Part shown: positions 7,018 through 14,720 of the stretch, one piece after another
Position numbering within the stretch: the first letter of the stretch is position 1
How the letters are laid out: the number at the start of each line of letters is the position of its first letter
DNA from: Candidatus Krumholzibacteriia bacterium
Lineage (GTDB): Bacteria; Krumholzibacteriota; Krumholzibacteriia; WVZY01
Length of the DNA stretch: 24,024 nucleotides
NCBI GenBank assembly: GCA_036478295.1
Contig: JAZGDW010000223.1
Coordinates: 1-24,024, forward strand
Reading direction: 5' to 3'
The notes under the pieces: model-generated
Told to the model about the DNA's origin: nothing
Seen by the model: only the letters and a program-made list of their open reading frames with translations
The model's database searches: none
Translations under genes and position numbers: made by a program

Positions 7018-7897
7018 CCAGGATCCCTCTCCTTATGTGCCGAGCGCCAAGCAGCGCTTGCGACACAATCACCGAGCCAAAAACCATTCCAAGAAACGGA
7101 AACAAAATACGGCCCATATCATCGTGCCATTCCAGGCCCGAGGACGCCAGGGCGATGATGATTATAGCGCCCACCGCTTGTAGCACACCAGCAATTTTGC
7201 CGATCGTTGTCGGCTGGAACTTGATGGGGCCAACGGCAAAGAAAAGAACCAACCAACCCGCAAACAGGCTCACGTAACGCACCATGAGAATTGCAAATAC
7301 CCAGCCCGGCACCATGTCCCTGGCGAACAGCGCCGCGAAGACGCCGGCCGTCAAGACGATATCGGCCACCGGATCCATCACCGCACCGAATTCGGTTCGC
7401 TCGCCGTTGCGGCGTGCGACGATGCCGTCGAGTACGTCCGTTACCGAACACAGGACGTAGACGATGAGCGCGGCAACGAGCCGATCATGAAGTATCAGGG
7501 CGACCAGGGGAATAACAACCAGCAGGCGCGCAATGGTCAATCTGTTGGCGAGACCCAGTGTGGCCGTCAGCTCCCCCGTCTTGCCATGCAGCAGGCCCAC
7601 ATGGAGCGCGAGACCCGCCACCAGCAGCACCAGGCCGGCCAGCGAATATGCCACAACGTCTGTGTACCGCTGCAGGTCACTGGTACCGTACAGAAAGGCC
7701 AGGGCGACGAGGATTGTGGCCTGGCCGAACGTGGAGTAACGGACTATGGACAAGGCGAGCGAGCGGCGCGACTGGATGTTCTCCAGTCCCTCGCCGAGAC
7801 ACTCCTTCACGTACAGCAGGTAGGCCGTGAAGGACCTGCCCCGCGAATTGAGATTATCGAGCGCTCTGGTCGAAAACATCGGACTCGACCCCACCAT
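6998..7897 (-). CDS. CDP-alcohol phosphatidyltransferase family protein (PgsA-like) with N-terminal membrane extension
   Basis: ANRLTIARL and family signature DVLDGIVARRNGERTEFGAVMDPVAD (DxxDGxxAR..GxxxDxxxD); multiple TM helices; GGAGG 9 nt upstream of ATG 7897. Confidence 0.88.
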   Translation of the reverse strand: MVGSSPMFSTRALDNLNSRGRSFTAYLLYVKECLGEGLENIQSRRSLALSIVRYSTFGQATILVALAFLYGTSDLQRYTDVVAYSLAGLVLLVAGLALHVGLLHGKTGELTATLGLANRLTIARLLVVIPLVALILHDRLVAALIVYVLCSVTDVLDGIVARRNGERTEFGAVMDPVADIVLTAGVFAALFARDMVPGWVFAILMVRYVSLFAGWLVLFFAVGPIKFQPTTIGKIAGVLQAVGAIIIIALASSGLEWHDDMGRILFPFLGMVFGSVIVSQALLGARHIRRGILDAGFDG

Positions 7898-10568
7898 TCT
7901 GCCGGACCTCCCGGCGATCCTGTCCCAGCGCCGCCTGAGCGGCCGCTAACCGCGCCACGGGCACCCGGAAGGGCGAGCAGCTCACGTAATCGAGTCCCAC
8001 CTCATGGCAAAACTCGATCGATGACGGATCGCCCCCGTGTTCTCCGCAGATACCCAGCTTGAGCTTCGGATTGGCCCTGCGTCCCGCTTCCACGGCGCGC
8101 CTCACCAACTCGCCGACACCGTCACGGTCCAGTGTCGCAAAGGGATCCCCGGGGAGAACACCCTTCGAAACGTAATCCTCCAGAAACTTGACGGAGTCAT
8201 CGCGGCTGAAACCGTAGGTCATCTGGGTCAGGTCGTTGGTGCCGAAACTGAAGAAATCCGCCACCTCGCCGATCTGATCCGCCACCAGGGCCGCCCTGGG
8301 CACCTCGATCATCGTACCCACAAGAAAGGCCACCTCTACTCCCTCTCTTTCAATCACCTCCGACGCGACGCGCAGGACCAGTTCACGTAACTGCTTCAAT
8401 TCCTCCTTGATCCCGACCAGGGGAATCATGATCTCGGGGTTGACCTCGATCCCCTCCTTCTTGGCCGAAATCGCCGCCTCGATGATGGCCTCGGTTTGTG
8501 TCTCATAAATCTCCGGATAGGTGATACCCAGACGGCAACCCCGATGGCCGAGCATGGGGTTGAACTCGTGCAGCCTCGCGATCGCCGAGCGAATCTCGTC
8601 TGGCGAGCGGCCGATCAACCGGGCGGTGTTCTCGATGTCCTTTTCCTCGTGCGGAAGAAACTCGTGCAGCGGTGGATCCAGCAGTCGAATGGTCACGGGC
8701 CGGCCCTGCATCTCACGGAATACACCGAGAAAATCCTCGGCCTGCATGGGCCGGATCTTGCGCAGCGCCTCCATACGTTCCTCACGATTCGACGCCATGA
8801 TCATCTCGCGTACCACCGGAATCCGGTCTTCTTTGAAGAACATGTGTTCGGTTCTCGCGAGACCGATGCCCTCGGCGCCGAACTCGACAGCCTTTCTGGC
8901 ATCCTCCGGTGTATCCGCGTTCGCCCTGACCCGCAGCTTGCGGTGGTCGTCCGCCCATTTCATGAACTCGTGGTAGCAATCATCCAGGACTGGGTCAACC
9001 GTCGGCAGGGTTCCCGCGAAGACGTTTCCGGTACTGCCGTCCACGGTAATGGGGTCACCGGCGTTGAACGTCTGATCGCCTACCCGAAAGAGTTTCTTCT
9101 TGTAGTCCACCTGCAGGGCCGAGCATCCAGCGACACAGCACTTGCCCATGCCACGGGCAACCACGGCGGCGTGCGATGTCATTCCCCCGCGGGCGGTCAG
9201 GATCGCGTCGGCGGCCTTCATGCCTTCCACGTCCTCCGGCGAAGTTTCCAGGCGAACGAGGATCACCTTTTCCCCACCGCGTACCCGCTCGAGCACCTCC
9301 TCCACCGAGAACGCCACCAGGCCGCTGGCCGCTCCTGGCGATGCCGGCAGGCCCTTCGCGAACGGTTTGGCCTCGGCGCCCGGGTCGATGGCGCGGTGCA
9401 GTAGTTGCTCGAGCTGCTCGGGCTCGACCCGCGAGATCGCCTGGCGTTTATCAATGAGTCCCTCGCGCACCATGTCGACCGCGATGCGGACGGCCGCCCG
9501 TCCGGTCCGCTTGCCGTTCCGGGTCTGCAGCAACCACAGCTTTCCCTTCTGGATCGTAAACTCGATGTCCTGCATATCTTTGTAGTGTTTCTCCAGCTTC
9601 TGAAATATAGCGACCAACTCGCCGTACAGGCCGGGCATGACGGATTCGAGGCTCTGATCAGCGCCGGACTCGGCGTCGGCACTAATCGGCAGCGGCGTGC
9701 GGATACCCGCGACGACGTCTTCGCCCTGTGCGTTGATGAGGTACTCCCCGAAAAACTTCGCCTCCCCGCTCCCGGGATCCCGGGTAAACGCCACACCGGT
9801 TGCGCAGTCGTCCCCCATGTTGCCGAACACCATTGCTTGCACGTTCACCGCCGTTCCCCAATCGTTGGGAATGCCATGAATGCGGCGATAGACCACGGCA
9901 CGATTGCCGTTCCACGAGTGAAACACGGCGTCGATCGCACCCCGCAGCTGGCTTTCGGGATCTTGGGGAAATGGCTTTCCCTGCTCGCGCTCAACCAGCG
10001 CCGTGTACTCACCGATGAGTTGCTTGAGGTCGTCCACGCTCAGCTCGTTATCGACCTGGACCCCGGCTGCTTTTTTTCGCCGCGCCAGTATTTCCTCGAA
10101 CAAGTGATGTGCGACACCCAGCACAACATTACCGTACATGTCTATGAACCGCCGATAGCTGTCGTAGGCGAACCGCGGGTTGCCAGTACGCTGGATCAAT
10201 CCTTCCACCGTTCGGTCGTTCAATCCGAGATTCAAAACGGTATCCATCATGCCCGGCATGGAGACCCGCGAGCCGGAACGCACGGAAACCAGTAGTGGGT
10301 TGGCCGCGTCGCCGAAACCGCTGCCCATTTCTTGCTCGAGTCTCTGGAGCTTATCCGCCAACTCTGCGTGGACGCCATCCGGATACTCGCCGCCCGACTC
10401 CATGAAATGGGTGCAAACCCCCGTGGAGATGGTGAATCCCGGCGGCACCGGGATACCGAGGTTGGTCATTTCGGCGAGGTTCGCGCCCTTGCCGCCGAGT
10501 TCGTTGCGCATTTGCGCGCTACCATCCGCATTGCCGCCGCCGAAGTAGTAAACATGCTTCTGTGACAT
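7854..10568 (-). CDS. ppdK: Pyruvate, phosphate dikinase
   Basis: LGGKGANLAEM, PLLVSVRSG..SMPGMMDTVLNLG, AQGEDVVAGIRTP, phospho-His motif GGMTSHAAVVARG, GIGLARTEHMF, FSFGTNDLTQ, GICGEHGG; 904 aa. Confidence 0.98.
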   Translation of the reverse strand: MSQKHVYYFGGGNADGSAQMRNELGGKGANLAEMTNLGIPVPPGFTISTGVCTHFMESGGEYPDGVHAELADKLQRLEQEMGSGFGDAANPLLVSVRSGSRVSMPGMMDTVLNLGLNDRTVEGLIQRTGNPRFAYDSYRRFIDMYGNVVLGVAHHLFEEILARRKKAAGVQVDNELSVDDLKQLIGEYTALVEREQGKPFPQDPESQLRGAIDAVFHSWNGNRAVVYRRIHGIPNDWGTAVNVQAMVFGNMGDDCATGVAFTRDPGSGEAKFFGEYLINAQGEDVVAGIRTPLPISADAESGADQSLESVMPGLYGELVAIFQKLEKHYKDMQDIEFTIQKGKLWLLQTRNGKRTGRAAVRIAVDMVREGLIDKRQAISRVEPEQLEQLLHRAIDPGAEAKPFAKGLPASPGAASGLVAFSVEEVLERVRGGEKVILVRLETSPEDVEGMKAADAILTARGGMTSHAAVVARGMGKCCVAGCSALQVDYKKKLFRVGDQTFNAGDPITVDGSTGNVFAGTLPTVDPVLDDCYHEFMKWADDHRKLRVRANADTPEDARKAVEFGAEGIGLARTEHMFFKEDRIPVVREMIMASNREERMEALRKIRPMQAEDFLGVFREMQGRPVTIRLLDPPLHEFLPHEEKDIENTARLIGRSPDEIRSAIARLHEFNPMLGHRGCRLGITYPEIYETQTEAIIEAAISAKKEGIEVNPEIMIPLVGIKEELKQLRELVLRVASEVIEREGVEVAFLVGTMIEVPRAALVADQIGEVADFFSFGTNDLTQMTYGFSRDDSVKFLEDYVSKGVLPGDPFATLDRDGVGELVRRAVEAGRRANPKLKLGICGEHGGDPSSIEFCHEVGLDYVSCSPFRVPVARLAAAQAALGQDRREVRQNGGVESDVFDQSAR

Positions 10569-10647
10569 TAACTACTCACTTTCTTAGGGTCGTGTGCTCG
10601 CACGGCGTTCTACACACGCGCCGGCATCGTCGCCATCCTCGCCTCGA

Positions 10648-10663
10648 GCCGGACGCGTCCGGC
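10648..10663. repeat. Perfect 16-bp palindrome GCCGGACGCGTCCGGC just downstream of the ALDH stop codon
   Basis: Self-complementary sequence read directly; no U-tract follows on the minus strand, so more likely a stabilising or pause hairpin than a terminator. Confidence 0.6.
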
Positions 10664-10666
10664 CCA

Positions 10667-12145
10667 TCAGGCGTCGATCTGCGCGCGCTGGAGCTTGCCG
10701 CTGTAATCAACGTAGACGGATTTCCACTCCGTAAATATGTCAAGCACCGTGTGGCTGGCCTCACGGTGGCCGTTCCCCGTGTCCTTCACCCCACCGAAGG
10801 GCAGCTGCACCTCGGCGCCGATGGTCGGCCCGTTCACGTAGGTGATACCCGCCTCTATGTCTCGAATGGCCCGGAACGCCTTGTTCACATCCTGCGTGTA
10901 GATGGAGCTGGACAAACCGTAGGCGGAATCGTTGAGTATGTCGATCGCATCGTCGAAATCACGTGCTTCCAGGATGGAGAGCACCGGGCCAAAAATCTCC
11001 TCCTGGGCGATCCGCATGTCCCTCTTGACGTTGGTGAAAACCGTCGGCTTGTAGAACCAGCCGTTTGCCGCGGCACCCTCCGCGTACGCTTCGCCGCCGC
11101 ACAGCATTTCCGCCCCTTCCTGCTTGCCGATCTCCACGTACCCATGCACGCTCTCCCGTTGTCTTTCACTGACCAAAGGTCCGACGTGGTTGGCCTCATC
11201 GAGGCCGTCGCCCAGCCGCAGTGCCTTGACCTTCGGTAACAACATTTCCGTGAATCGCTCCTTGATCGGTTTGTGCAGAATCAGCCGGCTGGTTGCCGTA
11301 CACCGCTGGCCGGTCGTCCCGAACGCGCCCCACAGTACGCCCTCTATCGCCAGGTCGAGGTCCGCATCGTCCATGACGATCTGCGCGTTCTTGCCACCGA
11401 GTTCCAGCGACACGCGCTTCAGTGTCTGGCCGCACGACGCCGCGATTCCGCGACCCACTTCGGACGAGCCGGTAAACGACACCACGCGTACTTTGGGGTG
11501 ACTGATCAGGCCGTCACCGATTTCACCGCCGCTCCCGGTCACGACGTTCACGACGCCGTCGGGGATACCTACCTCCTGGCAGATTTCGGCGAGCTTGATA
11601 ACGGACAGCGGCGTATCGCTCGCGGGCTTCAACACCACCGTGTTGCCGCACACCAGCGCGGGGAATAACTTCCAGGTCGGAATCGCCATGGGAAAATTCC
11701 ACGGCGTGATCAGCGCGCACACGCCCAACGGATGCCGCTCGGACCAGCCGACCTTGTTGGGTAACTCGACCGGCGTGGTGTCTCCGTACAGCCGCCTCCC
11801 CTCGCCGGCGGACAGGTAGGCCGTATCGATGCCTTCCTGAACGTCACCACGCGTCTCATCCAGGATTTTGCCCATCTCCTGTGTCTCGATGCGCGCCAGT
11901 TCTTCTTTTTGGTCTTTCATGATGTCGCCAATCCGATAGAGGAACTCGGCGCGCTTCGGCGCCGGTACCAGGCGCCAGGACTTGTACGCTTCGGCGGCTG
12001 CCTCGACGGCCGCATCGGTGTCCTTCTTTGATGATAGCTGGAAGGTCCCAACCAGTTCCTGGTTGGCCGGGTTATGGTTGGGGAAGGTCCGTCCGCTCTG
12101 CGACTTTACCCACTTCCCTCCGATGAGATTCATATACTCTGTCAT
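10667..12145 (-). CDS. NAD(P)+-dependent aldehyde dehydrogenase family protein
   Basis: ITPWNFP, VLKPA, SFTGSSEVG, catalytic Glu in LELGGKN, catalytic Cys in GQRCT, EEIFGPV, PFGGVK; RBS AAAGGA; substrate not assignable. Confidence 0.96.
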   Translation of the reverse strand: MTEYMNLIGGKWVKSQSGRTFPNHNPANQELVGTFQLSSKKDTDAAVEAAAEAYKSWRLVPAPKRAEFLYRIGDIMKDQKEELARIETQEMGKILDETRGDVQEGIDTAYLSAGEGRRLYGDTTPVELPNKVGWSERHPLGVCALITPWNFPMAIPTWKLFPALVCGNTVVLKPASDTPLSVIKLAEICQEVGIPDGVVNVVTGSGGEIGDGLISHPKVRVVSFTGSSEVGRGIAASCGQTLKRVSLELGGKNAQIVMDDADLDLAIEGVLWGAFGTTGQRCTATSRLILHKPIKERFTEMLLPKVKALRLGDGLDEANHVGPLVSERQRESVHGYVEIGKQEGAEMLCGGEAYAEGAAANGWFYKPTVFTNVKRDMRIAQEEIFGPVLSILEARDFDDAIDILNDSAYGLSSSIYTQDVNKAFRAIRDIEAGITYVNGPTIGAEVQLPFGGVKDTGNGHREASHTVLDIFTEWKSVYVDYSGKLQRAQIDA

Positions 12146-12205
12146 TTGAAAGTCCTTTGCTCTGCGGAACCACTTCAGGATGGTGTATTTAGCCCAACAG
12201 GCCGT

Positions 12206-12235
12206 ACGATATCAGAAGAATCGCCTGGCTGTCAA
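12206..12235 (-). promoter_or_regulatory. Sigma70-type promoter upstream of ALDH
   Basis: Minus strand TTGACA (12235-12230), 18-nt spacer, TATCGT (12211-12206) preceded by TGn (extended -10); about 60 nt upstream of the ALDH ATG. Confidence 0.7.
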
Positions 12236-12260
12236 ATCAATCGCAGAGGGCGTCAGGAGG

Positions 12261-14579
12261 CTATTTTCGAGGTAGTTTCCACTCGTCGAAGAGGATTATT
12301 TCGATGGCCTGCTTGACCTCGGCCGGATTGAAGTACACCGGGTGAAAACCCCATACGGCGCTTCTCGCGGCCACCCCGCCGACGTCGGGGACGCGGTCGG
12401 CGAACTGGCCGGTCCAGAAGGCGACCGGCGCGCCAAAGATGACGGACGACGGGTTGAGGCACTCGTTCCTGTAGATGGGCTCGTAGCACTGGCGGGGTGG
12501 AACGAGTTCCGCCTGCACGAAGCAGCCCGTCGGTGAGGAGAAATAGAGCGGGTTGTAGATATCGCAGTTCAGTCCCAGGCTGGACTCGTGGTAGAACTTC
12601 GTAGGATCGCCGGCCACCTCCGGACGGAGCGCGAGGGGCGGAAACCCACCTCCCGTCGTCACGTCAGCGGGTATCGCCGCCCGCATGCCGTCGGTTTGCC
12701 CGACATGATCGCGCAGGTGATCGACGGGGCAACCCCACGGGCCCACATTCCTCAGGCTCCGGATCTGGCCGGGGTTCTGCAGGTAGGCGATATCCAGGAC
12801 GTTCAGACAACACTCACTGTACGCGAACGAGTCGTCGCCGACGCCGCGAACACCCAGGTCCGGGTAGATCCCGTCCTGGTCTCCGGCCAGTTCGTACCGG
12901 AATATGATGGGATATAGGGGCGGGTGGAACGGGAAGCGGTTTGCATTAATGGCCAGTGTCATCACGTGTTGCCCGGCTAGGAGTACGTGGCCTCCCACCG
13001 CCATGAACATCGCCACGATATTCGCCGGCACCGCGCCGCCCGTGACGTACAGGTTCGGGTCTCGAAAGCGGATGAACTCGCTCAGGACAGACGCCGAGCG
13101 ACCGTCCGGCGATCCGGCCGCACTCCAGATCACGTTTTGATAGTTCACCAGTTGGTGCAGCAGGCCAAGCCCTCCGTTCGCACCAACGTCGAAAACATCC
13201 TGCACCGGGTCAAAGCCGTTGACTCCGGAGACCATGTCCAGCCAAAACGCGTCGTGTTCCGCGTCGCTTGGCAGCGCGCCGCGCATCGGCACGAATCCTG
13301 CGAGATCCCCCTCCACCCAGTCATCCACCACGAGGAGCATCCGCTGCATCGTGAACGGTACAACGTTGAGCCGCACGATGATCCTTGATTTGAACCCCGA
13401 GTTGTCGATCACCTCGAGATAGAACGTGTGAATTCCGAAGAAAAAGGCTCGCGGTGGGGACTGCGCGATGCGACCGACAAACGGCGTGAACGGCACGTCC
13501 CATTCCTCGTCCCGGTTCAGGTCGAGGATGTCCCAACCGTAACGGTAGCCGGCCACGATCCCGCCGTACGACGACGCGTCGGCGGTCCATTGAAACGACA
13601 TCGCCAGCCCGCCGGGAATGTCGAGGAATACCGGTGAAGTCCCCGTCGTGGAGGTGACAATGCTGCCCATATAGCGATTGCGGGCAATGAGGATGGGGCC
13701 CGTGTGGCTCGCGGAGACGATGAGTCTACGCATGTTATTATTCACGGAAAAAACCGGATTCACCGCGCCGGCCTCATCCTTGACCTGCACGGCGAGAACG
13801 TAGGCCCCGGGCACGGTCAGCGGCGGGTCATAGGTCTGGGATGTCCCGGGCTGATAATCCAGCCAATCGGTCCACTCGGGGGCCCCCGGGGACGAGCGAA
13901 TGTACGCCTCCGCCCCCCCCCAGTCACCCGAAAACCTGTCCGTGGGGACCAGAATCCATCTGATGGAGACGGGATCCTGCGTCTCGCCGTGTTGCCCGAT
14001 TTGGCCGACGAATGCCCAGCCGGACGCCTCGAACCTCGTGATCGAACTCACAACGGCCGGTTGCAGGCCGGTCCATGTCGGGATCACAATTCTGACAACC
14101 GGCGAAAAGTTGCGCGCCGTAAACGACCGGTAGGCGGGCTTCACCGACCGCGCACCCCGATCGTCCACTGCCCGAACAAGGAAGGTATGCGAGCGTCTGA
14201 ATTCCTCAGGCTCGTGGCGGTTGTCAGCGAAGTCGCTGCTGTCCGCCGCAAGGTCGGCCGTAAAATTGAACACCGAATCCATCCGGTCGATCCGGTGCCA
14301 TTTGTAGTCTCCCGGCGTGGACGTGGTATCCGCGGGATCGAACGCGCTGGTATCGTTGTCGGTGATGATGTACTCGAAGTACGCGATGACGCCGTCGGCA
14401 TCGCTGCCACCCCAGGCGAGGTGGATCCGGTAGTCGCTCACCGAACCCTCGGGCGGTGCGCCGCCCAGCCACACTCGTGGCGGCTGGTTGCCGGGAACGG
14501 TGGAGAGGAACGTGTCCGTGGTACATGCGGCGCAGGCCGCCGCCGCTATGCACGCCGGAACGAGAAGCAAACGCCTCAT
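12261..14579 (-). CDS. Hypothetical lipoprotein, paralogue 3 (3 Ig/FN3-like modules plus Cys-rich alpha/beta C-terminal domain), 772 aa
   Basis: Lipoprotein signal MRRLLLVPACIAAAACAAC; RBS AAGGGGGG; colinear similarity with 14721..17075 and 18577..20919 (EPEEFRRSHTF, VKDEAGAV, GYRYGWDI, EVIDNSGFKSR, GLNCDIYNP, RVPDVGG.AARS). Confidence 0.88.
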   Translation of the reverse strand: MRRLLLVPACIAAAACAACTTDTFLSTVPGNQPPRVWLGGAPPEGSVSDYRIHLAWGGSDADGVIAYFEYIITDNDTSAFDPADTTSTPGDYKWHRIDRMDSVFNFTADLAADSSDFADNRHEPEEFRRSHTFLVRAVDDRGARSVKPAYRSFTARNFSPVVRIVIPTWTGLQPAVVSSITRFEASGWAFVGQIGQHGETQDPVSIRWILVPTDRFSGDWGGAEAYIRSSPGAPEWTDWLDYQPGTSQTYDPPLTVPGAYVLAVQVKDEAGAVNPVFSVNNNMRRLIVSASHTGPILIARNRYMGSIVTSTTGTSPVFLDIPGGLAMSFQWTADASSYGGIVAGYRYGWDILDLNRDEEWDVPFTPFVGRIAQSPPRAFFFGIHTFYLEVIDNSGFKSRIIVRLNVVPFTMQRMLLVVDDWVEGDLAGFVPMRGALPSDAEHDAFWLDMVSGVNGFDPVQDVFDVGANGGLGLLHQLVNYQNVIWSAAGSPDGRSASVLSEFIRFRDPNLYVTGGAVPANIVAMFMAVGGHVLLAGQHVMTLAINANRFPFHPPLYPIIFRYELAGDQDGIYPDLGVRGVGDDSFAYSECCLNVLDIAYLQNPGQIRSLRNVGPWGCPVDHLRDHVGQTDGMRAAIPADVTTGGGFPPLALRPEVAGDPTKFYHESSLGLNCDIYNPLYFSSPTGCFVQAELVPPRQCYEPIYRNECLNPSSVIFGAPVAFWTGQFADRVPDVGGVAARSAVWGFHPVYFNPAEVKQAIEIILFDEWKLPRK

Positions 14580-14659
14580 AACCCAACCCCCCTTGTCAGG
14601 TCACGGCGTGGGGAACCTGTTGTGGGTACACGCGCAACGTCGGGTGGGGCGACCGTGTA

Positions 14660-14691
14660 GCTCACACTACTATCGTGCGCTCAGACTACTA
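14660..14691. repeat. Tandem direct repeat GCTCA(C/G)ACTACTA, 13 bp x2, 19-bp period, in the upstream region of paralogue 3
   Basis: 14660-14672 GCTCACACTACTA and 14679-14691 GCTCAGACTACTA (12/13 identical), each preceded by CGTG. Confidence 0.65.
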
Positions 14692-14698
14692 ATGTAAA
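14669..14698 (-). promoter_or_regulatory. Possible sigma70-type promoter for paralogue 3
   Basis: Minus strand TTTACA (14698-14693), 18-nt spacer, GATAGT (14674-14669); same spacing as the two stronger promoters but weaker boxes. Confidence 0.35.
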
Positions 14699-14720
14699 CA
14701 TTCCTGCCACCGGGCGGCAA

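Noticed and set aside
14705..14719. Short hairpin after the paralogue 2 stop codon as a terminator
   Set aside because: Only 6 bp with a G-U pair, a 3-nt loop and no adjacent U-tract.
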